From: Octopus vulgaris
Lineage: Eukaryota
Length of the DNA stretch: 64,000 bases
Direction of reading: 5' to 3'
Assembly: GCA_951406725.2 (NCBI GenBank)
Contig: OX597814.1
Location: 119,102,001-119,166,000, forward strand
The notes under the pieces are model-generated. The model searched no databases. It was not told where the DNA came from and saw nothing but the letters and a program-made list of their open reading frames with translations. Within the stretch, counting starts at the first letter, position 1; every line of letters starts with the position of its first letter. Both the position numbers and the translations under genes were made by a program. Positions 13,100 to 26,815 of the stretch are shown here, piece by piece.

Positions 13100-13485
13100 T
13101 CTCTCTCTATATAAACGGCAGTTTGTCTGTGCGTGTTTCTGTGTGTCTGTTTGCTTGTACCCTCACCCTGACCACGGCTTTCAACCGATTCTGATGAAAC
13201 TTGACACACACATAGCCCAATGTCATAATTCAAAACTAATGCAGCGAAAATTTTGAAAAGTTCCCCCAGTTCTGAAAAAAAATCGATAAATTCGACATGG
13301 GGTCGAGAATCAGAAACACAAACCATAAACTGTCTAGGGGACGCAACTCCACCTTTTTTAAATCTCAAAACAAAATTTACCATAATTTTTTTCCATTTTT
13401 TTGCTATTTTTTGGCTATAACTCTCTAAAAATGCTTTATAGTTATTTCCCTTACAAACCTGAGCAACGCCGGGCGATACTGCTAG
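13100..13485 (+). mobile_element. Non-autonomous Helitron (~386 bp)
   Basis: 5' TC start after A (A|TCTCTCTCTATATAAA), subterminal GC hairpin CCTGAGCAACGCCGGG (13458-13473), 3' CTAG end followed by T. These are the canonical Helitron termini in an A|T target with no TSD. Confidence 0.8.
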
Positions 13486-14539
13486 TATGTAATAAAAGTG
13501 ATTCTACTACTAAAAGTTTCATTTTTTTTCGTAGTTGATTTTAAACATAACACAATTCACATCTGTATACATTTCATACGCAACAATACATATATGTATA
13601 TACATATTTACATATACACATAAATATGTATATATCTGTTTGTGCATATATACAAAACATACAGCGATGTATATATTACATGCATTAAACACACACATAC
13701 TTACATACACCACGTGTTACTGTATAAGTGTATAATAGGGCTGTGTTGGAAAAATATTTTATTTGACGTTGAATGTCGCCAAATTTATATGGAAATCTGT
13801 TTTGTATAAAATAAGTATATACGTTGTAAATGTTTGCAAACAAGATGTCAATGGATCATTATGGCGAAAGATCAATTCACTTCTAATCGTTCAATGTCTA
13901 TGTATTTATTAGTTTGTAGAATAGTTGTCAACTTTTATTGATTCACTTAGTAACATGACTTATGGAAATGAATCCTTCTCTAGTTGCATGAAAAATATCC
14001 TCCACCACGCGAACATGTCTAGTTTTATATATTAATGGCTAAGATTATAGTATAAATAATTCTATGCATTACAGATATAAGTTCGAGGAAGAAAATGTAC
14101 GGTTGAATGTTTTCTTTACTCATGTCTAGGCTTCCACGGAATACAATTAAATTTAACAATTGGAGGGAGAAAATAGGCATAAGTGACAAATGGGTCTATG
14201 AAGGTAATTACAATAACAATCAGACCGAATATCAATTCATACACATTAGAGCTGATTTGGTATCTTTTAAAGGTTTTATTATATCAGATAATAGATAAAG
14301 CTTTTGTGGGTTTCACAAATTTACCTAAATTTTAGTATTTTCAAGATATGGCCGTAATAACATATGTATTGTTTAAATGAATTTTGTCTTTAATCTGTTC
14401 AAATAAATTGAAAAATGTTAAGCAAGTATTTGAATGTTGAACGAAAATATCAAAGTATGTAGGAAATCGAAGGCACAAAGGAGCTTGTTGTGTGTTAAAA
14501 TTCAGACAGTACCGTATATATATAATATATATATATATA

Positions 14540-14700
14540 TTTAAATTTAAAATAATAAGGGTGTAAAATTGAATATTAATTTGATTAATATCAATTTAAA
14601 ACCAGTGGTCTAGCATATTATAACTTGAAGATTCAGAAAAAAATTATATTGCATACATATAAAAGGGGTGACCACTACGTGGACATCCATTATCCTAGAA
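14540..14700 (+). repeat. Dispersed unclassified repeat (AAATTGAATATTAATTT..ACCAGTGGTCTAGCATA)
   Basis: Related sequence occurs at 26470-26540 (+) and 26715-26815 (-). Confidence 0.65.
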
Positions 14701-14959
14701 GTAGATCCGCTATGGAAACAATATATATTTTGTTTCTTTTCATTTGTCTTGCTCGCTTACGTTCTAGCATTTGCTAAATTTTCTTGGGAACATTTCTTTC
14801 TTAGTGGTAAGACCATAGCTGACCTACTTCTAGTTTCTTCTATTCTTTTACTTGTTTGAATTAATGTGTGTATATATATATATATATGAGTGAGTGTGTG
14901 TGCGTGTGTGTGTGCGTGCGTGCATGTATGTCTGTGTCCGTGTGTATGTACATATGTGA

Positions 14960-15105
14960 AGGCGTTCGGTCCAGTACTTAAAGTTTTACGCTTACAAACG
15001 CAGGGTCGTGGGTTCGATAATCGAGCTGTGCAACGCATTGTGTTCTGGATCAAATCATTTAATTTTACGTTGCTCCATTCCACCCAGCTGCAAATTAGTT
15101 ACCTT
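14960..15105 (+). mobile_element. SINE family 4, degenerate partial copy
   Basis: GGTCGTGGGTTCGAT...GCATTGTGTTC...TTTTACGTTGCTCCATTCCACCCAGCTG. Confidence 0.6.
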
Positions 15106-15297
15106 GCGTGTGTGTGGTTTTGTGTGTGTGTGTGGTTTTGTGTGTGTGTGTGTGTGTAACTACCTTATAATTCGAAGGAGGGAAAATCTTCCTTCCAATC
15201 CAGAGGTGGTTTGTTCTGCTCTCCTAGCCAACGTGGTTACATCATTTGAAATTTAAAACGATGCAAAACTCCTTGTGACCAGCGATGTCTAACAACA

Positions 15298-15332
15298 TTT
15301 GATATTCTTGTCTGTCGCATGATCACGGAAAA

Positions 15333-15366
<34 letters not shown>

Positions 15367-15449
15367 TCACAGAGATGATTTGATATTCTTGTCTGTCGCT
15401 TGATCACGGAAAATGTGTGTGTATGTGTGTGTGTGTGTCACAGAGATGA
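15298..15449. repeat. Direct tandem duplication (~80/70-bp unit containing (GT)n)
   Basis: TTTGATATTCTTGTCTGTCGC.TGATCACGGAAAATGTGTG...TCACAGAGATGA occurs twice in a row. Confidence 0.9.
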
Positions 15450-16327
15450 ATTTCAGTTAAATATCTCCCATTATGTGTCTGTTAAGATGTACCATTTTAG
15501 ATGAATTATAATTGAAAAACTATAAGCAGCGGCTACATGAGACATCTCGTGAGAACCAGCCTCGTTTTAATATTAAATATGATTCTAGCAGCGTATGAAA
15601 GACTGTTCTTTTTACAACAGACCAACTACTACTACATTAAACATCAAGGAATATATTCTATATAATCATTTCAATAGTTTCGATATGTCTTATTTCATTT
15701 GAAAGTCTCAGCAAAAATATAATCTGTTTAGTTTGTCTAGATACATGAAAGGGAGACGCCACATATCTAACCAACTACGTTTGACAATGATGACCATCAA
15801 TAGTGTACGTTAATATCTTGTTCTGAGAATCTGAAGTACAGCAGCATGGTACTTTCACAGCATCGATGTCGAAAGCTGTTTTGCTAAATATCTAATCAAT
15901 GTGATGCGGATGAGATTTGAAATATTACCTCTACAATGCAGAAGAAGTGTCAATTGAAATAGCGTATTGATAATTGAAGGAATAAGATTTATAATGGATT
16001 GAAATGTATAACAAAAACGAATCTCATCAACTCTTCTACTTTCTGACATAGCCACGGAGACTGGATAAAATCACATTAAAAAAAAAAAAACATTAAATTA
16101 TTTCACCTTCCAGTATTCTAGAAATTTTAAAAAGACAACACGAACAACACCAATATACCGAAAAAATACATTCATACATACATATATATATATACATACA
16201 CATACAAAATTAAACAAGCATATATATATGTGTGCGTCCGTGTGGTGTGTGTATATATATACATAACAACATATGTGTAATTATATAAATATATATATAT
16301 ATATATTTATAAATATATATATATGTG

Positions 16328-16381
<54 letters not shown>

Positions 16382-16713
16382 CGTATAGATCTGTGTATAA
16401 GAATCTGTGTGCGCACGTGAGTCTGCGTATATATAGACACTCACGCAATACACTGATATATATATAAGTGTGAAATTAAGTATGAATGTATAAATAAATA
16501 ACTATATAATAGTAAGGTTTCTCTAGGAAAAATCACTTGCTTACTGAAAGCCATAACCCATTAAGTAATATTACATCTGTCAATACTGTTTATAGTATTG
16601 GCGGTGGTATCTTTCAATGAGTTATCAAAAGTGAAAAGTTTTTTTTTTTACTTCAGATAAAATAGAATATTTAAAAGTTAAATCGAGATTACAGCTATCG
16701 GCTTAATAATTGC

Positions 16714-16749
<36 letters not shown>

Positions 16750-17547
16750 CACACACACTCTTACTATTTCTCAGTGAGATAGGTAAAATATCGCTGATGC
16801 AACATAAACTCAAGGTTACAATATACAAGAGTACGTTAAATGAGAGGAGGGACGAATCAAGCACATTTACGTTGCCTTTATCAATCTATCTATCTATATT
16901 CGTTCCTTTCATGCTTATTCGTTCATTTCACTCTTCGTTCTTTCGTTTCCCCTCTCTCACATTTCTTTGCCTTCACTTCTTGTTCACTTTCCCTCCACTT
17001 TTCACTTTACTGTGTTCCTGTCATTTTTCTCGCCCCTCCTTAACTCTGTTGTCCCTCTGCTTCTACTTAACTCTCTTCTCTTCCCACGTGACCGGTGCTC
17101 AGCCAAGCTTGTTCTTTCTTGCTTGATCTGGCCGTTGTCCGTGCAACATCAATATTCTTCCCTGTGTTTATGAAATCCTCTATCCCTGCCGTAAGATTTC
17201 ATTTCCACACACACCAGATTAATTTAATTCGTTCTTAGTCGAAATACACCTGTTGTTATGTCCTGTTATTTTTATTGTAACATTTTCCGTTTTCCCCCTT
17301 GTTTTTGTGTACATTTTCTGCTTTCTTCCAAGGAATCTAATGCTCTTAGCTTAGTTTTTCCTTTGGGCTGGCTAGATTGAAGCAATCTCAAGTATAATCA
17401 GCCGAAATTGCGAAGATAATCAGGTACTTGACTGAGAAAAGAAAACTTCGAATGACCCATCCTTGCTTTCTTTGTATCGTCTATCTGAATGTTTTGTTGT
17501 CCCTTTTTTGTATCCCCTAACTGTCTGGATGTTTTGCGCTCTTGCCC

Positions 17548-17578
<31 letters not shown>

Positions 17579-17764
17579 AATGTATATACACATACACGCA
17601 TACAGAAGCGTATATATATATATATATATATATATAACTCTTCTATGTTTATTCGCACACCGGGAAATCATGGTCGCGATAAATCAATATTTTCCATGAA
17701 AATTGTTTTTATATCTATTACGGATTGCTTGAAGCTATTTTCTTACAGGTCAATCACTCGATCT

Positions 17765-17802
<38 letters not shown>

Positions 17803-17935
17803 ACGAAATCCACTCACGAGGCTTGCTCAAACCAGGGCTATAATAGAAAGCATTTGCGCAAGGCTCCACGCAATGGAACTGAACCCGGAACCGTGTGTTT
17901 GGGAAGTAAAATTTCTTACCACAAAGTTACGTCTG
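17803..17935 (-). mobile_element. SINE family 1, old 5' fragment
   Basis: AAATCCACTCACGAGGCTT...CTGAACCCGGAACC...CTTACCACA. Confidence 0.65.
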
Positions 17936-17982
17936 AGCTTACTTATGGGTAACTAGCGAACGATACAGAACAGAACACATGA

Positions 17983-18044
<62 letters not shown>

Positions 18045-18350
18045 GGCAAAAGTAAAAAAACAGTAAAAGAAATATCAGTGAGAACAAAGCAGTAAAAATA
18101 AACGATGCGGGCTGTTAAGCCAAGACGATGGATCTGATCGTTTAAGGAGACGAGCTTATGAAGAGACAGGATAAGCCCGTTTAGTCCTTGTGAAGGTAGT
18201 ATTCGGAAAGATGGATTCCCTCTCATCACGTGCCAGCGACAAGAGAGCCGAGGAGGGGAGTAAGAGAGAGGGATCGGTGAAGGGGAGAGGAGAAGAATAG
18301 GGAATATACATACAACACGCACAAATGTATATATAATATGTATACACACA

Positions 18351-18415
<65 letters not shown>

Positions 18416-19904
18416 CACCTTTGTGCCATATGGGCTCAACTCCGCTCCTCTTTTCATCTGACACCTACTTCTCTTCACTAATATCCACCACACCACTCCA
18501 CACACACTAGCATCTATCCACGCATACACACACACATTCTTACATACACACGCATACCCACCTTAGTTTTGGGGTCATCAATACTTTTTTATCTCTCCTT
18601 CTTTCAACCTCTGTCAAACTTTTTCCAACCAGTCGCCATGCTTAACCGCAAAATCTACAAGTTTTTTCTTTCCTTCTCTCTGTTTATTTTGTAGTATTCC
18701 TTTCTGTTGAAGGGTGTAGACTCGAAACGTAAAATACTTTCTCACTTTCGCGAGCGTCAGACTAATACACCTGCTTGCTGTTCATACACCTGTCTTCGTC
18801 TTTTGTCTTTCTATAAATTTCAACTATACATACATACATACATACATACATACATACTTACATACATACATATATACATACATACATATATACATACATG
18901 CATGCATGCATACAGACAGACACACACACACATACATACATACATACATACATACATACATACATTCAGATAGATAGATAAATACAGATAGATAGATAAA
19001 TACATACAGATAGATAGATAAATATAGATAGATAAATACATACATATAGATAGACAGATAGATACATACATACATACATACATACATACATACATACATA
19101 CATACATACATACATGCATACATAGAGATATATTGATATAACTCTTTATTCTAGTAACTAGATATCCATTCGACCACTGCCACAGACATTTAAATAATGA
19201 CAAAAAGTATATATTTTATACTCTACCTGTTTCAAAGCAGACATAATTGCATCACCATGCATCCAAGGCAAGGCGTCCTTTATATAACAAGGCACACCCT
19301 TTGTCTTATTATGGTTGTAGACAATTCCGCGCCGGAATGTGTGTTGAAACACTTTTATATCGTTTTTTAACATTTGCTCGAGGGCATGAACTATCACGTT
19401 GGTAGCATCGATCGAAAGTGCAACTTCATGCTGGAAATGAACAAGAAATAGAACGAGATTATCAGATGAAAATTTATAGACATGAAAAGATTATATTTGT
19501 TCATTTATTTTAAACACTCCGAATAAATGCTATATATTTTTGTATATCTCTAATATTTATTCTGATAGTTATTTTCTTAACGCTTTAATCTATGATGTTA
19601 TATAGTATAAAAGTATGTAGTTTCTATTTAAACATATGTGATCACATGATACTGAAAAAAAACAACATTATCAACATTATGGTCTTCATAGAAACTTTCA
19701 TCGTAGATATTACCATACTTATCTTGAAAATCAGGAAAATGTTTTCTAAATGTTCTTATTGCCATAGAAATCATTCGTAACGGCGTAACTTCAAGTATAT
19801 CGTATCTTAATAAAGAATATTCGAAGTGGGTGTATGTGTCCGCGTGTATATTTATCCATCCATCCATGTATGTATGTATCTATCAATCGATATACCTACA
19901 CACA

Positions 19905-19981
<77 letters not shown>

Positions 19982-20095
19982 CTTTCAGATGCAGCATTTT
20001 CACATCAAGCGCTGACATATTTTACAAAACTGACATTACGTTAACATGGAAGTCCAAGCGTTGTTAAAGCAATTATAAGAAATAATCGCTACATA

Positions 20096-21284
20096 CTCGG
20101 GTTGGACAAAATAATTGAAACACCTAGCATCATAGCATCATAATTTAGAAATATTTATAAAACCGTCAAAATCTCGTTTATTTTTATGTATTTTTAGAAT
20201 ATTTATTATTAGTATTGCTTAATACGTTTTGCTAAAATTGCTGTTTCTTTTCAGATATCATCAAGAAAGGGTAATTAAAATTCATTGAAGTGAAAGATCT
20301 ATCGGACTTTGAAAGAGGTCAAATTGTTGTGCTCGTATGGCAGGCGCTAACATAATGAAAACAGCCGAAATGTTTGGTGTGTCAAGAAGTACTGTCGCGA
20401 AAGTACTGACAACCTTTGAGCAAGAGGGAAAACCCCTTCGTCGAAACAAAACTCCAAAAGGAAACAAAGACTTTCAGATGGAGACCACCAGACTCTTACG
20501 CGAATTGCTAGAAAGAATCACAAAAGTACAGCTCCCGAAATTACTGCAGATCACTTCGGGAAACCAGTTTCCACAAAAACTGTTGGCTGAGAGCTACACA
20601 AAACCGGATTTCACAGGAGGGCTGCAATCAGAAAATCACTACTTTCAAAAACAAACGTTGCCAAGCATTTAGAAGGCAGTAAAAACCTACAGAATTGATC
20701 CCTAGAGCAGCGGAAGTATGTTTTTTTTTCTCGAACGAGTCCTTTACCTTATTTCCGACCACCGGCCGAGGAGGATCTGTGATGATCTGGCGGGGGGTTT
20801 ATCTTGGAAATCCGCCGGCCCAATGTTTTCACTTCATGGCAGAATTAACAGTCAAGACTATTTAAGCATTTTATCTGATCAAATTCATCTTATGGTCGCG
20901 GAACTGTTTCCGGAGTAAAGCGCAATCTTTCGGGATGCTAATGCACCAATTCACACTGCTAAAGTTGTTACTGAATGGCATGAGGAACATTCTAGTGAAG
21001 TTGAACATCTTATCTGGTCACCGCAGTCCCCAGACCGCAATATTACTGAACATTTATTGTGCATTTTAGAAAAACAAGTAAGGAGTCGATATACTCCACC
21101 ATCATCACTACAAGAACTGGAGCCTGTTTTAGCTGGAAAATGGACAAAAATTCCTTTGGAAACAATTCAAACACCATACCTCATAGAATTCAAAATGTAA
21201 TTTCTGCCAAAGGCGGTGCTACCCCAGGTTAAAATAAATTTGTTTGAAATTTTAAGGTGTTTCCATTATTTTGTCCAACCCCTG
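20096..21284 (+). mobile_element. Tc1-family DNA transposon with decayed transposase
   Basis: 30-bp TIRs (CTCGGGTTGGACAAAATAATTGAAACACCT / AGGTGTTTCCATTATTTTGTCCAACCCCTG) are flanked by TA on both sides. Broken frames encode DLSDFERGQIV..RMAGA..KTAEMFGVSRSTV (HTH), DANAPIH and WSPQSPDRNITE (DD34E region). Confidence 0.92.
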
Positions 21285-22104
21285 TATCACGTACCTCCCA
21301 CCACACCAACTACAAAAATTAAAAGGACTTACTGTATAGAGTAATCTTAATTGTAATGTATCTCAACAAAAGAAAAGAAAGTCAAAACAATAAAAAAAAA
21401 ACAAGTCCGAATAATCAGGAGATTGATGCCTGTGATAATAAGCGTTCATACTCTATATTTGATAGGAGTCTTATTATCGCCTGGTGCACGGAGAAATTAG
21501 ATTAAATAACAATAACAACAGCAGCTTTACTCTTAACGCATGACATAGATTAATGTTCTGAATTTTTGTGTACTTCTAGCATTTATTTTTTCACTATCTG
21601 TCTTTGGTTATCATCGTTTAATAATCTAATTGAGCCATTTTTATCTACACATTATCCACCGTACGAAAAATATGTCCCGGGGGCTAAAGCTAACACATTC
21701 GGTATATGGTAAGAGCTGCTTTTACCCCTTGTCATGCAAAACTTACGATTGATGTCGAAATTTCAGTGTAGCCGATGAACACCATTCATATACTACCAAT
21801 AGTTACAAAGGTATATGATGGATGTACCGTCAATATCACGTGGAAATTGATGCGCAACGGCTCCACGCTAAACAAAACAGGTCCTCCCCAGCTTCCCTCC
21901 ATCTCAAAAATTTTCCAGGCAACCGTTCAGTGGGAACAAGAACAACTTTGTGCAAGGAAAGCTTCCACTCATAACAATGAAACGGATGTATGTTTCGTGT
22001 TTTGTATCAATACAAGCGCTTGCTAGAGACACGTTTTAACAAGAGCGACGATGTGCTGAATAGACAATATTTCCGCCCATAATGTAGGCCATTATTAATG
22101 AACC

Positions 22105-22270
22105 ACAGTACGCAGCTGGTAGCTTATTTCATCGAACCAAAAGGATGAAAGGCATCGAAACACTTTTTTTTCAACTTTCTGGATCCATAAAATAAATCTC
22201 AGTTGAGCACTGTCGTTGATGTAAACGGCACACTTCTCGCCACAAATTTTAGGCCTTGTGCCGATAGCAA
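22105..22270 (-). mobile_element. SINE family 2, degenerate fragments
   Basis: GGTAGCTTATTTCATCGAACCAAAAGGATGAAAGGC is the reverse complement of the family 2 core. Confidence 0.5.
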
Positions 22271-22281
22271 AAATAATAATA

Positions 22282-22335
<54 letters not shown>

Positions 22336-22361
22336 AATAATGATATTTAGTTAGAAAGCAA

Positions 22362-22492
22362 TACCAACCAAATGGTTCCGGGTTCAGTCCAACTGCGTGG
22401 CACCTTCAGCAAGTGTCTTCTACTATAGCCTCGGGCCGACCAAAGCCTTGTGAGTGGATTTGGTAGACGGAAACTGAAAGAAGCCCGTCGTG

Positions 22493-22539
<47 letters not shown>

Positions 22540-22648
22540 GTATATATATATGTGTATATATATATGTATATATATATGTGTATATATATGTGTATATATA
22601 TGTGTATATATATGTGTATATATATATGTATATATATGTATATATATG

Positions 22649-22681
<33 letters not shown>

Positions 22682-22959
22682 GTATATATATATGTATATA
22701 TATATATATGTATATATATGTATATATATATATGTATGTATATATATGTATATATATATATGTATATATATATATGTATGTATATATATGTATATATATA
22801 TATATGTATGTATATATATGTATATATATATGTATATATATATGTATATATATGTATATATATGTATATATATATATATGTCTATATATGTATATATATA
22901 TATGTATATATATATATGTCTATATATGTATATATATATATGTATATATATATAGTCTA

Positions 22960-23010
<51 letters not shown>

Positions 23011-23140
23011 GTATGTATATATATATGTATATATATATATGTATATATATATATGTATATATATATGTATATATATATGTATATATATATATGTATATAT
23101 ATATGTATATATATGTATATATATATATGTATATATATGT

Positions 23141-23172
<32 letters not shown>

Positions 23173-23317
23173 GTGTATATATGTATATATATATATGTAT
23201 ATATATATGTGTATGTATGTATATATATATATGTATATATATATGTATATGTATATGTATATATATATGTATATGTATATGTATATATATATGTATATAT
23301 ATATGTATATATATATG

Positions 23318-23352
<35 letters not shown>

Positions 23353-23383
23353 GTATATATATGTATATATATATATATGTATA

Positions 23384-23462
<79 letters not shown>

Positions 23463-23483
23463 GTGTATATATATATATGTATA

Positions 23484-23524
<41 letters not shown>

Positions 23525-23583
23525 GTATATATATATATATGTATATATATATATGTATATATATGTATATATATATATGTATA

Positions 23584-23650
<67 letters not shown>

Positions 23651-23870
23651 TTGTATGTCTGTGTTTGTCCCCACAACATCACTTGACAACCGATGCTGGT
23701 GTTTTTACGTCACCGTAAAATTAGCGGTTCGGCAAAAGAGACCGATTCAATAAGTACTAGGCTTACAAAGAATAAGTCGTGGGGTCGATTTTCTCGACTA
23801 AAAGAGATGCTCCAGCATGGCCGCAGTCAAATGACTGAAACAAGTAAAAGGGAGTAAAAGAGAGAGAGAG
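22362..23870 (+). mobile_element. SINE family 1 with a ~1.15-kb internal (TA)n/(TATG) expansion
   Basis: The family 1 5' part ends at GAAGCCCGTCG (22490), and the 3' part resumes at TGTGTTTGTCCCCACAACATC (~23660) through the tail. Confidence 0.9.
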
Positions 23871-24399
23871 TATCCTTCAAAGAGTCACTGGGGTACAAAT
23901 ATACAAAGCTCCACATACCAATCAAACTACACGACTGATAAGGGCACACCACAATCATTTACGCGACATGCTCATCTTATATCGAGATAAACAACGCATG
24001 ATCTTGCAGTTGGGGCCCAGTTAGAATTTTATAAAAATGAAGGTCCTTGAATAAGGGTTGTTTAAGGATGGTGGACGAAAAATCCCTGTTTCTAAAGGTG
24101 AGTTATTCAAACTCCCAAAACTTCCTTTACACACATGGCAATGACGTCCCTCTACCGCTAGTGCTCATTATTAGAGATGAACATATCGTCAACCGGTAAG
24201 AGAAATGTTCAACTGATTAAGGACAAGCGATTGACAAGCAAATAGGTGATATTGACCAGAATATTTGCTGCAGAACATCTTTTAACCAAGACAAAACAAT
24301 GTGCATGATTACACTTCCAATCAGTTAAGATCCCATTCACGAGTGTCACTGCCTGCTGCTGCATCAGGCATAATAATAATAATAATAATAATAATATTT

Positions 24400-24775
24400 T
24401 CTGAAAGCACAAAGACTCGAATTTTAGGGGAGTTAAGGAAGAGATTTCGTCGCAAAAGTCCAGAGCTCTTACACTGGAGTTGGTGGAACCTGCATCAGAA
24501 TAAAGCACCAGTCCACAATTCTATCTTGGTAACCAAGTCCTTGAAAATGATAGACATCAAAGCTTTCCCTCATATTCCCTACAGTTTAGACATTGCTCTG
24601 CAACTTTTGGTTGTGCCCATGCTGAAGGAGAACATCAGGGGCAGTTGCTTTCAAGACACTGTTCCATGCGTCTTGGACATCTCTTTGGAGGGGTTCCTTG
24701 AGACCTTCGCAAAGTCGCTGGAGCACTATAGCAAGGGCATTGAAGTCAAAGAATCCCACTTTGAAGGAGATTAGA
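24400..24775 (+). pseudogene. Mariner transposase C-terminal fragment
   Basis: LRKRFRRKSPE...WNLHQNKAPVH...HIPYSLDIAL corresponds to the mariner LHHDNAPAH and HPPYSPDLAP motifs. The catalytic residues are degraded. Confidence 0.8.
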
Positions 24776-26239
24776 TTTTAGTACATCTTTTTTAATATAT
24801 TTTAAACTTTTTTTTATTTACCAAGGCCCAAGTTCCTCATAGGCGAGGATAGTCACAAGACACACCGGGAATTCCATTCATTTCCCAGTTTAAAGGCGAG
24901 CCCTGTCTTATACTCGGGTCAAGGCATAGAAAGCAACCCCCGATATTGGTTGAGTGTGGGTGCATGTGCGTGTGTGTGTGTATTCTCATAACAAATCCCT
25001 TCAGCTACACGGAACAATTTTCAAGACTGCTAATATCCCAGATGTAGAGCCTGACCTAAGTGCAATTTAAAAGTATCGAAAATACCATGCAGTTCAATGT
25101 AAAAAGAATATGCGGCACTGCACAACATTCACACAAAACCTTCGCATCCAGTGTACAGAGGATCAGAAGTATCGTAATCCTCAACTTCATAAAATCTGTG
25201 CGTGTCAAGGAATCGGTTTAGATATTACGACATTGGTTTACAATGAGGAAACAAATTGGCTCAATGTTTTCTGGATATAATTGTCTGAGATCCTAGAGAC
25301 ATATACATCGCAGCGTGAAACGCAAATGAAGTTATTGATATTGAACTCAATAATTCATCAAAAGCCAACGTACATAGGGGGGAATGTGGAAATGAAATGA
25401 AAATAAAATTAATAGATTCACTTGAGCATACACAGGACAGACAGGCTGGAACATATAAGGGAACAAAAGATGATTAATTATACACACAATCACATTGTGC
25501 TCACATATGACACACAAACACATACAAATATGTGTGTGTGTCGTGTGTGCGTGCGTGTGCGTTGCATATACTTTATCGCTTTATGAAAGAATTCGTTTCG
25601 TAGTTTACCAATATCGGTATGGAGAGACTTCATTGATCTGTAAAGGAAGACCGATCCGACTCTACGTAGAAGAGTTCGTATAGACACAATGGAATAGAGA
25701 TACAGGACGAAAAAATGGGGACAGTAAATGCTTGGGTAGAAAATGCCTGTTTGAAAGGAGCTTCACCAAAGACTATTAGGTTGGTAGTAGGATCAGGCAT
25801 ACAAACGACGAAACATAGACCGTGTAGAGTAAGGTAAAAGAAGAATTGCTTTATATATATATATATATATATATATAAGGCACATGCTGGATTGGCCTCA
25901 TGTTTACATCTTTAATATTGGCGTATCTGTTGAAGAAAACTTCGCCTAGTAAATTACTTTATTTGTTAAAATAAGTCAGGAAATAGATGGTAAATGCTTT
26001 TTTTTTCATTCCCTTCGAGAAGTTATCCCTAATTAGTGGTTTGGACTTTAGCTGTTCTTTCTAGCGTAAAGGACTCATACGATGGAAAACTCTTAATGTG
26101 TGTAAATGTACACTGTATTTTATATGAATAATACATAGTAAATTGACTAATTTTTCTATACGCTAGGCCACTGGTAGTACAAATTTCTAAAATCTTTATT
26201 ACCCTGATTATATATATATATATATATATATACATATAT

Positions 26240-26401
26240 ACGACAGGCTTCTTTCAGTTTCCGTCTACCAAATCCACTCACAAGGCATTGGTCGGCCCGG
26301 GGCTATAGCAGAAGACACTTGCCCAAGATGCCACGCAGTGGGACTGAACCCGAAACCATGTGGTTGGTTAGCAAGCTACTTACCACACAGCCACTCCTGC
26401 G

Positions 26402-26404
<3 letters not shown>
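26240..26404 (-). mobile_element. SINE family 1, 5' half embedded in (TA)n
   Basis: High-identity reverse complement of the family 1 head, ending at the internal microsatellite position. Confidence 0.9.
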
Positions 26405-26464
<60 letters not shown>

Positions 26465-26467
<3 letters not shown>

Positions 26468-26815
26468 AGGGAGAGAAATTGAATATTAATTTAATTAATA
26501 TCAATTTAAAACCATTAGCCTAGCATATATAAAAAAAAATCTGTAAAATTAGCTTATTGGTTATCCACCTAGTGGTTTATCCCTAAATACACACACACAT
26601 ATATATATATACACCGTATACAAGCATATACATACCTATATATATATTTATGTGTCGGTGTGTATGTTGAATACACACACACACACACACACTCACACAT
26701 ATATATATATAATACTATTTTGCTGAACATTCAGTTTTTTATGCTAGACCACTGGTGTGAAATCGATGTTAATTAAATTAGTATCTAATTTCTCACCCTC
26801 ATTTTAAATTTGAAA
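26465..26815. repeat. Inverted pair of the 14540-type repeat
   Basis: GAGAAATTGAATATTAATTTAATTAATATCAATTT..ACCA..CTAGCATA pairs with TATGCTAGACCACTGG..ATCGATGTTAATTAAATTAGTATCTAATTTCTC. Confidence 0.7.

Noticed and set aside
15480-16060. Possible minus-strand LINE RT relic (D.SK.AFD-like and GV-like traces)
   Set aside because: The motifs need several frameshifts to assemble, so support is insufficient without an alignment.
22406-23753. Long ORFs of 240-427 aa rich in Y/I/M/C/V/H
   Set aside because: They are translations of a (TA)n/(TATG) microsatellite that lacks stop codons. The same applies to dozens of YIYI, THTH and MYVC ORFs throughout the window.
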